From: Hoeflea sp.
GTDB taxonomy: Bacteria > Pseudomonadota > Alphaproteobacteria > Rhizobiales > Rhizobiaceae
Assembly: GCF_019084245.1 (NCBI RefSeq)
Contig: NZ_JAHRFE010000022.1
Reading direction: 5' to 3' (one strand)
Length of the DNA stretch: 64,000 bases
Both the position numbers and the translations under genes were made by a program. Positions 8,333 to 16,027 of the stretch are shown here, piece by piece. The notes below the pieces were generated by a model. That model did not search any database. It was not told where the DNA came from and saw only the letters and a program-made list of their open reading frames with translations. Within the stretch, counting starts at the first letter, position 1. Every line of letters begins with the position of its first letter.

Positions 8333-9475
8333 TTACGATTCAGCAACGCGAAGCTTGCGCAGCGCCTCAGCCATGACCAGATCCGCACCAACGCGGCGAC
8401 GCGCATGGAACCGGACCTTTCCGGTGGTGGCCTGAGTGTAAGGATCTCGCAGCATCGACATCGCCACGCGGTCATAGACGCGGTAAGCGCGGTTGACGTC
8501 GCCGAACAGGATCGGAAATTCCCCGGCGCCGATGTCATCCATATCGACGGCTTCGACAATCGGGCGACCAAGCAGCGTTTCAGGCTGGCCAGCCTGATAG
8601 CTCGGCTGCCAAAGGTAATTGTTGGTTGTGTCCTTCAGCTTGCGAATTGCTGCAATGGTCGTGCCGTTGGCCATCCACACGCCCTTATTCCGGTAGTAGG
8701 CGGGTAGGTCATACATGAGCGTGATCAAGCTATCGGCGGTGATCAGCGTTGCGTGACCGCTCGCGACATCGGTAACGCCAGCCGCGGCCATTATGCCGGT
8801 TGGTTTTTTCACGCCATTGCCGGAAACTAGCGCAACACCTTCAAGCCGGCCGAATTCTTCCGCCAAATCGCTGGCCACTTCGGACTCGACGTTTACCGCG
8901 GCGTCTTCGAGGAGCTGCACAGAAACATCGACATAAGCCGCCATTTCGTGAACCGGAATTTCGACCTGGCCATAAGCGGATTCGGTTTCGGTGCGCGTCT
9001 CGGTTTCGCCAACCCAATTTGCGGTCGGCGTCCCGGTGCGCTTTGGCAGGATAACCGAACCCCGCGACGTGGAACCAACGCGGGCCGCCTGCCGGACAGG
9101 CGAGAATTCAACAATGCCCTTTAAGATTTCCGTGGAAAGCTCAGCGGGAGCCAGATAGCCGCCGCGGGTGTCATCGGCAACGACCAGCGATTTTACTTCG
9201 TCGGCTGGCATACGTTCGGCGCCATATCGCAGGAAGCCTTCAAAGGCTTTGCGCTCCGGTGTCGGCTCATTGTCATTGGCTGCCTTGCCGATGATAGCCG
9301 GCCGCGCCAGCTTCGTTTCAAGTTCGGCAATGCGACCGGCCAAGCCGTTGTCGTTGGCGGCCTTAGCCTTCACCTCAGCGACGGATTCGGCAAGCGCGGC
9401 AAGCGCGGCCTTGACCTCATCAACCGGGTTGTCAGTGGCGGATTTGGTTTCGAGTTTATGAGCAAGATTGCGCAT
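8333..9475 (-). CDS. major capsid protein, HK97 fold
   Basis: GGYLAP, WVGE, YLWQP, LLGRP, FGD motifs; N-terminal coiled delta domain containing two AANDN. Confidence 0.95.
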   Translation of the reverse strand: MRNLAHKLETKSATDNPVDEVKAALAALAESVAEVKAKAANDNGLAGRIAELETKLARPAIIGKAANDNEPTPERKAFEGFLRYGAERMPADEVKSLVVADDTRGGYLAPAELSTEILKGIVEFSPVRQAARVGSTSRGSVILPKRTGTPTANWVGETETRTETESAYGQVEIPVHEMAAYVDVSVQLLEDAAVNVESEVASDLAEEFGRLEGVALVSGNGVKKPTGIMAAAGVTDVASGHATLITADSLITLMYDLPAYYRNKGVWMANGTTIAAIRKLKDTTNNYLWQPSYQAGQPETLLGRPIVEAVDMDDIGAGEFPILFGDVNRAYRVYDRVAMSMLRDPYTQATTGKVRFHARRRVGADLVMAEALRKLRVAES

Positions 9476-10012
9476 CTAGATTCCCTTAATTGTCTGATTG
9501 GTTTTGTTGATCGCCGCGACCAATGCGGCGAAGTCCGTGCCGCTATTTTTGACGGACGTGACGGTCGCGGATTCGTTCATCGGAAACGTCACAATTGACG
9601 CCTCCCGAAGTTCGATTTCGTGGAGAAGGCGGGCGCCTTGTTTGCGGTCCATTTCGTCGCGGATTGTGCGGAATCCGATGGAGATTCCATCAACCGCCTC
9701 AGCCTTCATGAAGGCGTAAACCTCGCGGCCCTTGACTGTATCAAGGAGGATTCTGCCCTCGGCTCGCAGGCCAAAGGCGTCCTCTTCAAATTTGGTCCAT
9801 ACGCCAATCGGCTCCGTCGTGTCGTGCTGCCACAACATCTTGACCTTGCGCGCCGGGTACTTCTGCAGGCTGCTTTTGAACGCGCCAGGCATAACGATAT
9901 CGCCGCCGCGGTCTTTGACTCCGAACACACTGGCATAACCAGAGAACGTGCCGTCTTCTGCGATCGCCTTGATATCAAGCTCAATCGCGGCGCCCTGTGT
10001 GGTGGTGGTCAT
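9476..10012 (-). CDS. HK97-family prohead protease
   Basis: FSGYASVFG, MLWQHD, GISIGF, EASIVTFPMN. Confidence 0.95.
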   Translation of the reverse strand: MTTTTQGAAIELDIKAIAEDGTFSGYASVFGVKDRGGDIVMPGAFKSSLQKYPARKVKMLWQHDTTEPIGVWTKFEEDAFGLRAEGRILLDTVKGREVYAFMKAEAVDGISIGFRTIRDEMDRKQGARLLHEIELREASIVTFPMNESATVTSVKNSGTDFAALVAAINKTNQTIKGI

Positions 10013-11226
10013 GCCGCCGCCTCCGTTGTGGGTTGGTTGTCGTTGGCGGCCGATGGCGCCGTGTCGATCGCCGGATTTGCGAACACCTCGCCGCCGTCAC
10101 GTGGCGCCATGCCAAGCCAGTCGCGCGCTTCATTAGGATTGAGAACGCGCGCCGTGATCAATGTGCTGATAGCGGTTGCGCGTGCCGTTAGGTCGGCTTG
10201 GCTGGTGTCGTCGATGTCGAAGGCGAACCGAAGACCGGAGCGCCGCTCGGCTTCCGTCAGGAGCGCGCGATTGAACGCGCCTTCTAGAACGCGCAGCCAT
10301 GGGATAAGAGTGTATTGAATAAACTCTTTCGCCTGTTGCTCTGAGTTTCCCCAGGTGTTCCGCGTCAATTCGTACAGCATGCCAGGCGGAACCCGGAATG
10401 CCCGCGCGATTTCAAGGATCTGGAATGTTCGGCTAGCCGTAAACTCGCCGTCGACGGACGTAAGCGCCATCTGTTGATAGGTCGCGCCTTCATACAGGAC
10501 GGCCGTTTTGCCGGCGTTGGCCTTGCCGCTAAACGCGGCCTTCCAACCTGCCAACATGGCCTTGACGCCATCCGTACCTAGCTTGTTTGGCGTCTGAATA
10601 ACCCCGCCAGGTCGCGCGCCGTTTGTCCAAAGGCCATTGGCATAACCCTCCATAGCCGACGCCGTGGCGATGGCACTACGCGCCATTGTGAGGGGACATT
10701 TTGTAAACGGGCCGCGGACGTGAAGGATGTTCTTTGCCGATGCGAATTGCCCATTAATCCGATAGCGCGGCTCGCCTGTCTTGTCGTCATAATCAACGGC
10801 AATTATTCCGTCGCGGTAGATGATCAGTTCGCGCGGCTGGTCGTAGACCTTGGTTACATAGGCAATGCCGCCCTGGTCCTTCGTCAATGCGCCGGCGACC
10901 AGATCGCGGATAAGCTCAAAGCCCGATGTCCAGCCGTTCGCCTGTCCGGTAAGCAGCGCCAGCGCCGGGTGGTCGGATACGTCTTCCTCAGCGTCGCCAA
11001 CCTTGCGCTTTAGCTTGATGTCCAGGCTTGGCGCCGCCTCGGCAATGACGCGGACCGCAGCCGACACGGCAGGGACGGACAGCGCTTCCGCGTCGCTGAT
11101 TGTCGAGCCGGCAGGCACCGCGCCGAACAGTTCGAGAAGTTCGGCGGTTGGATCGCCAAGTGATTTTTGCTCGGCCACCACGGGCGGCGCCGCAACAGGC
11201 GTTTCTGATCTACTGAATGGCCACAT
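10009..11226 (-). CDS. HK97-family portal protein
   Basis: NGARPGG, EIARAFRVPP, TPNE-like LNPNEARDWLGM; ends AANDNQPTTEAAA. Confidence 0.95.
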   Translation of the reverse strand: MWPFSRSETPVAAPPVVAEQKSLGDPTAELLELFGAVPAGSTISDAEALSVPAVSAAVRVIAEAAPSLDIKLKRKVGDAEEDVSDHPALALLTGQANGWTSGFELIRDLVAGALTKDQGGIAYVTKVYDQPRELIIYRDGIIAVDYDDKTGEPRYRINGQFASAKNILHVRGPFTKCPLTMARSAIATASAMEGYANGLWTNGARPGGVIQTPNKLGTDGVKAMLAGWKAAFSGKANAGKTAVLYEGATYQQMALTSVDGEFTASRTFQILEIARAFRVPPGMLYELTRNTWGNSEQQAKEFIQYTLIPWLRVLEGAFNRALLTEAERRSGLRFAFDIDDTSQADLTARATAISTLITARVLNPNEARDWLGMAPRDGGEVFANPAIDTAPSAANDNQPTTEAAA

Positions 11227-11638
11227 CGGCAGCCTCCTTTACAATGGACTGCACAATGCTGCCGATTGGAATCACGATCGTCGAAACGTCGAATTTCAGC
11301 CTTGGCACGTCGCGGTCGGAAATGATGCGAGGCGAGCCGCATGCCCGCCTCATGACGGCCGGTGCGACTAGCAAGGCGTCTGCGGCCGGTGGCGTCCGCA
11401 GATTTTGAGCGGCGGCTGCGATAGCCATCAGCCATGAGCGGCCGGCTCGCTCCAGTTCAAAAGCAATGCGAAGCACTGCGACGTCTTGGATGCTAAACCA
11501 GCGCCTGCCCTTGCGCTTCTCCGAGAACAGGACGTCGAGGGTCCGATTGCGGCTGATGATGACGTCTAGATGTTTGCGTGAGAGGCCGACGATTCGCGCG
11601 GCCTCGGCGACTGTGAGGTCGCGCGTTGTCCAGGCCAT
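11210..11638 (-). CDS. MerR-like HTH protein at the head of the packaging operon
   Basis: LTVAEAARIVGLS...GRRWFSIQDV...ELERAG; GGAGG RBS. Confidence 0.7.
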   Translation of the reverse strand: MAWTTRDLTVAEAARIVGLSRKHLDVIISRNRTLDVLFSEKRKGRRWFSIQDVAVLRIAFELERAGRSWLMAIAAAAQNLRTPPAADALLVAPAVMRRACGSPRIISDRDVPRLKFDVSTIVIPIGSIVQSIVKEAADVAIQ

Positions 11639-11681
11639 TGGGCGGCCTCCTACGATGGTTAGAATTTCGAAAAGGCAAACA

Positions 11682-11729
11682 AAAAGCTGCGCCAGTGAAG
11701 CGTCTTGCGTTCAAACTGGCGCAGCTTTT
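11682..11729 (-). terminator. intrinsic terminator-like hairpin upstream of the head operon
   Basis: perfect 15-bp IR AAAAGCTGCGCCAGT / ACTGGCGCAGCTTTT followed on the minus strand by a U-rich run. Confidence 0.6.
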
Positions 11730-11867
11730 ACAACCTCGCACCGTTGCAGGACGCGCCGGCGCGGAGGCGATCAACCCACTGTGCGAAAGCGGGGATCAGT
11801 GAATTGATGGTGAGTAACCGCGCGCGGCCACCCACCGGCCGGCGCGGTGAAGCGCGCCGAAACAGAA

Positions 11868-11891
11868 AAAGGCCGCATCGCTGCGACCTTT
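11868..11891 (-). terminator. intrinsic terminator-like hairpin
   Basis: minus strand AAAGGTCGCA-GCGA-TGCGGCCTTT then TTCTGTTT; GNRA loop. Confidence 0.55.
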
Positions 11892-11934
11892 CCCATAAAT
11901 ACCCTTTGGCGTGCTGAAATGGGGTACCCCAACC

Positions 11935-12654
11935 CTATGCGGCCCTAACCCCGCGCCAATATCGATCAACGATTTCGAAGCCGTCAAATATGCGTGCCCG
12001 CGCCTCGCCCTTGGCGCCCTTCACGCCGGCGCCCAGCAGTTTGCCGATTTCTTCAAGGGTGAGTCCATCAAGAACAGACCATTCAAACGCGGCTAGTATT
12101 TTCGGAACAAAGCCCAGCCTTGCGCGGAGGTAGGCCAAGTCCCGTCCCGCATCGATTGCGGCCAGCAAAGGCCAGTCGCCATTCCATGCCTTGGGCACTG
12201 GCTTGGCGTTCTGGCGCGGGGCGATTGCCACGTTTGCCTTCCGTCCCTCCACCTGTTTCACACCCTTGTCGCGGCCGCTCTCGTCCTGATCGCGCAGGAG
12301 GTAAAGGTCATCAAGCGCCTGGCCTTTCAGTTCGGGCAGATGCGCCATGTCGCTCAACTCTCGATAGCTCTCCGCAAGGCGGAGACAGTAGGCGTTGCCT
12401 TCAGTCTTAAGAAGCTTGGCTAGAGGCCAATCCTGATTATCGTTCGCGGCCTGGCCGCTGTACTTGCTTGATCCGATGCGCGCCGCCTGCGAGGCCAGCC
12501 GCCATTCTAGTGTAGGTCCATCCTCGATCGCCTTGCCGCGGGCTGCGGGCTTTGTCCGCGGTGGTGTCCAGTCATTGGCCGGTTCAATGATTTTCTGCAG
12601 CGTATGTCGGCGATCGAAAACCGCCGGGTCCTTCAAATCCATGTCTTCACCCAT
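11935..12654 (-). CDS. putative late transcription regulator with C-terminal sigma-70 region-4-like HTH
   Basis: DGLTLEEIGKLLG HTH; position between replication and head genes; start 12654 or 12642 uncertain. Confidence 0.55.
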   Translation of the reverse strand: MGEDMDLKDPAVFDRRHTLQKIIEPANDWTPPRTKPAARGKAIEDGPTLEWRLASQAARIGSSKYSGQAANDNQDWPLAKLLKTEGNAYCLRLAESYRELSDMAHLPELKGQALDDLYLLRDQDESGRDKGVKQVEGRKANVAIAPRQNAKPVPKAWNGDWPLLAAIDAGRDLAYLRARLGFVPKILAAFEWSVLDGLTLEEIGKLLGAGVKGAKGEARARIFDGFEIVDRYWRGVRAA

Positions 12655-12870
12655 GGTTAGTGTGTCGTCGTACCGGACAGGCCGGCGGCTAGTGGGTGGC
12701 TGCATAAAAGGAAATAGTAATTTCGCTGAATTTCCGCCACTATATTTATGCGGCCAGCTCAACTAAAAGCGGCGCATATCCGAAATTCGTCAAGTCCTGC
12801 TGTCCAGCTTCTTGCAAACATCAAGAAGCTCATCCCCGCTACGGACCGCTTCACCACTTATCAGCCTCTA

Positions 12871-13002
12871 CACGTTACACGCGTTACATACACATACACT
12901 ACATGTATGTGTATGTAACGCTGTGGTGTAACGCTTGCAGGCTATGATGTGGCCGCGTGACAAGGCGTTACAATTGTAGTGTTATGTAACGCTCTGTAAC
13001 GC
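12871..13002. other. putative replication origin: 18-bp palindrome plus CGTTACA/TGTAACG repeats
   Basis: GCGTTACATACACATACA (12881-12898) / TGTATGTGTATGTAACGC (12904-12921); further (G)CGTTACA or TGTAACGC copies nearby. Confidence 0.65.
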
Positions 13003-14079
13003 TGGTCTAAGATCAAATTTCCCATCAATCTCGATTAAAAATTCATCTGTCAAAGCGGCCCTCTGCCTTGAAAACCTTTGTCTTTTCGTGCCGTCCTTTA
13101 TATCGCCAGCCGCTTCATAGACCGCGGCCCGCCACTGATCTTCAGTCACAGGCGCATTGTCGTTGGCGGCAATGGCGGCCCGTAGAACCGCAGTCGCCTC
13201 GCCAATCGCGCGGCTAGCCTTTTGTAGCGGTTTTGTCACGCTCGGCGGTGCGCAGGGCACAAGAACCGGCGCCGTGGTGGCAATGCCATCGTGCTCGGCG
13301 AGCGTGACCGTTTCCATTCGATAGGTGCGGATCGGCCTGTCTGCCGACTCGTTGTTCTTCATCACTTGAGCCGTTGAAACGTCCCGCTTGCGGGTGATGA
13401 GGATAGACATATCGGCAGCCGCCTGTAGTTGCCCGCCGCCGCGCATGCGCTTCTCTCCGCTCACTGGCGTGTGGTGCACCACGACCACGGTGCAGCCGAA
13501 CGTTTGGCCGTCATGAAAATTTCCGCACCGCGTCGCGTCCGTCAGATTAAACACGGCACGCGCCATCCCGTCGGGGCTGGAATCGCTTACACTCATCGCC
13601 GCCGCCAGGGTGTCAATAACGACAACTTCAATGCTGTCATCCAACATCAGGTTGGCGGTTCGCAAAATCGCGCGCAGGGCATACGGCTCGGCTAAATCAA
13701 TCGGTCCGTCATAAACCAATACGTTGTCAAACGGCTCGCCGTCGTGGTGTTTGATGAACGCATCAATGCGCCGCTCAACCTGGCCCGCGCGTTCGGCCGC
13801 GATGTAAAGCACGTTTGACCGATACGGCAACGTGCCGCCGTCAAAGTCCAGACCAGCCGCAAGCCGGCATGTAACGTCAACAGCAAAAACGGACTTTCCA
13901 GCCTCAGAGGGTCCGTAAATCACAAGCAAGTCATTAGTCGCAACCCAGCCAGGCATGCGCCAATACTTACGAATATCGCGGCCTTCGCGGTTGTGGATCT
14001 TCAAATTGCTGGATATTTCAGAATACAAATTTTGATCTGTATCAAAATCTGACCAGTCAACACTTGACAAATTTGTCAT
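12982..14079 (-). CDS. RepA-type (AAA_25, RecA-like) replicative helicase
   Basis: Walker A GPSEAGKS, Walker B VVIDTL, VVVHH, RGGGQL; no N-terminal primase domain evident. Confidence 0.85.
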   Translation of the reverse strand: MTNLSSVDWSDFDTDQNLYSEISSNLKIHNREGRDIRKYWRMPGWVATNDLLVIYGPSEAGKSVFAVDVTCRLAAGLDFDGGTLPYRSNVLYIAAERAGQVERRIDAFIKHHDGEPFDNVLVYDGPIDLAEPYALRAILRTANLMLDDSIEVVVIDTLAAAMSVSDSSPDGMARAVFNLTDATRCGNFHDGQTFGCTVVVVHHTPVSGEKRMRGGGQLQAAADMSILITRKRDVSTAQVMKNNESADRPIRTYRMETVTLAEHDGIATTAPVLVPCAPPSVTKPLQKASRAIGEATAVLRAAIAANDNAPVTEDQWRAAVYEAAGDIKDGTKRQRFSRQRAALTDEFLIEIDGKFDLRPALQSVT

Positions 14080-14150
14080 AATGCCCTATTCTCCTTTATG
14101 TGTAATTGAACAATTTGCCCGCCCTGATTTTTCAGTGGCGGGCTTTTTTT
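14064..14150 (+). ncRNA. predicted promoter plus ~50-nt counter-transcribed RNA upstream of the helicase gene
   Basis: TTGACA (14064-69)-N17-TATTCT (14087-92); hairpin 14117-14143 followed by T7 on the plus strand only. Confidence 0.55.
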
Positions 14151-14152
14151 GG

Positions 14153-14353
14153 TTAGTCGATAGTGTCTTCCGCTTCCCTGGCTGCGAACTCGGCCATATC
14201 TTTCCGCTTCGCCGGATCCTCGATCCGGATCATTCCTTGAATAACCATAAGCGAGGCAGCCCCGTCAGATGGAAGGCCCACGGCCATCAACTGGCTGATC
14301 GCATCCTCAATAATTTCGCGGGCCTTCTGATTCTTGTAGTCGCCGACCTTCAT
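14153..14353 (-). CDS. small hypothetical protein
   Basis: ATG overlaps the alpA TGA (ATGA); MKVGDYKNQKAREII... Confidence 0.65.
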   Translation of the reverse strand: MKVGDYKNQKAREIIEDAISQLMAVGLPSDGAASLMVIQGMIRIEDPAKRKDMAEFAAREAEDTID

Positions 14354-14562
14354 GCTGCAGCCCTCGCCTGTACCTTTGTCCTTATCCACGCCATCACCTC
14401 AGAGCGAACAAACGCCACTCGCCTGTCGCCAAGCTCTACGGCGATCGGGAATCTGCCTTCGGCGCGGTAGCGGTTGAGCATCGTGCGCGACATGCTGGTC
14501 ATGCGGCAGGCGTCGTTCAACGAAACCAGCGTTGGTTCATTATCGTTCGCGGCTTTTTCCAA
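14350..14562 (-). CDS. alpA: AlpA-family regulator/excisionase
   Basis: AAGGAA RBS plus TTG; SLNDACRMTSMSRTMLNRY...FP.....G.RRVAF..SEV..WI. Confidence 0.88.
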   Translation of the reverse strand: MEKAANDNEPTLVSLNDACRMTSMSRTMLNRYRAEGRFPIAVELGDRRVAFVRSEVMAWIRTKVQARAAA

Positions 14563-14710
14563 TTTAATTTCCTTCCGGGGTTGACAGGTTTGCAGGAAAT
14601 GGTAGATTGACATCAGTGCTTCAATTGGGCTATCTGTTGATTGCTTACATCAGAGATGCCAGTCTGAAATCTAGTTGCATCTTACAAAAATGTCAACATG
14701 GCCGCTTTGG

Positions 14711-15886
14711 CTATTGGCAGTAGTCTGCCCATTCGCCCATCAGAGCGCGCCGCCGCTCCAAAGCATCCGACCGGGCGTAAGACCTTTCAACCGCATCGCC
14801 AACCGCATGACAGAGCGCCGCTTCTGCTATTTCGCGGGGCGCATGCGCGACTTCGGTTGCCCAATCGCGGAAGGTCGATCGGAACCCGTGAACCGTATAG
14901 GCGGCCGCCCCTGCCGATTTCAGCGCCTTTGCCAAGCTCATATCGGAAAGCGGCTTTCCGGCGCGCACGCCGGGGAAAACAAGATCGTTTACTGATTGCG
15001 CTTTCATAACCTTTAGCACCGCCAAGGCCGCGCCTGACAGCGGCACGCGATGCGGCTTGCCTCCCTTCATCCTTATGGCCGGAATCGTCCAGACGGCCGA
15101 CTCTATGTCAATCTCCCCCCATGTCGCGCCTCGGGCTTCCCCACTGCGCGCCGCCGTCAATATGGTGAACTCCAGCGCCCGCGCCCCGACGCCCTTGATC
15201 TTTGCCAGCGACCGCATGAAGGTCGCCACATCTTCATGCGGCATAGATGCGTGATGACGGGCCGCGACAAGCGCGTTCGGCTTGTGCAGCACATGCTCAA
15301 GATTGCCCTTCCACGCGGCTGGATTGTCGCCGGTTCGGTGTCCATCGACGCGGCTCGCGTCCAGAACGCGCTCAATCGATTCCCGCAACTTTTCGGCGGT
15401 TTCCTGCTTCACACCCCAAAGCGGTTCCAAGACCTTTTTGATGTCCTGAATGTCAATGTCGCCGATCGGCCGCCCGCGTATCGCAGCGGCATGGTTATTG
15501 ATTGCGTTCCGCCATCGCGCCTCGGTTTTCGCGCCGCGCCATTTGCCAGCCTTGACGGCGCGGTCAATGAACTTGTCGGCATAGGCTCCAAACAGGACCA
15601 CGGCAGGCGTAGAAGCCTCGACTTCGCGCTTGTCGCGAATCGGATCGACTCCGGCCCGCACCATTGCACGCGCCTTCTGTGCCGCTTCCCGCGCATCTGC
15701 CAGACTAACAGAATGAAGCGGGCCTATGCCCATTTCACGCCGTCTGCCAAACAAGGTGTAGTTGAAGATCCAGTACCGGCCGGTGCCCTTTGTGACCAGC
15801 CACAGACCACCACCATCACGCAGCTTGAGCGCCTTGCTTGCCGCGATTCCTTTGACCGTCAGGACGTTTTTTGTATGGCTCCCCAT
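14711..15886 (-). CDS. int: P4-family tyrosine integrase
   Basis: arm-binding N-terminus DGGGLWL...REMGIG; catalytic TAARSGE, HGFR, RSY. Confidence 0.95.
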   Translation of the reverse strand: MGSHTKNVLTVKGIAASKALKLRDGGGLWLVTKGTGRYWIFNYTLFGRRREMGIGPLHSVSLADAREAAQKARAMVRAGVDPIRDKREVEASTPAVVLFGAYADKFIDRAVKAGKWRGAKTEARWRNAINNHAAAIRGRPIGDIDIQDIKKVLEPLWGVKQETAEKLRESIERVLDASRVDGHRTGDNPAAWKGNLEHVLHKPNALVAARHHASMPHEDVATFMRSLAKIKGVGARALEFTILTAARSGEARGATWGEIDIESAVWTIPAIRMKGGKPHRVPLSGAALAVLKVMKAQSVNDLVFPGVRAGKPLSDMSLAKALKSAGAAAYTVHGFRSTFRDWATEVAHAPREIAEAALCHAVGDAVERSYARSDALERRRALMGEWADYCQ

Positions 15887-15890
15887 CGTC

Positions 15891-15911
15891 TTTCCCCGCT
15901 TTTTCCCCGCT
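15891..15911. repeat. tandem TTTCCCCGCT direct repeat, possible integrase arm site
   Basis: two 10-bp copies between the int start and att. Confidence 0.35.
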
Positions 15912-16027
15912 ATTGGGTATAGGGATTATGTAGTTGTTACGGACAAAATGGGCAAGCCAAATCGAGATAAATAAACGTTATCAATCAGTAAGTTATCGGC
16001 TTGGTTACAATGGATATTATCAAATAC

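Noticed and set aside
14581-14696. TTGACA/TGTCAA copies between alpA and int as antisense promoters or operators
   Set aside because: The -10 matches are weak (16- or 18-bp spacers) and there is no terminator partner; support is insufficient.
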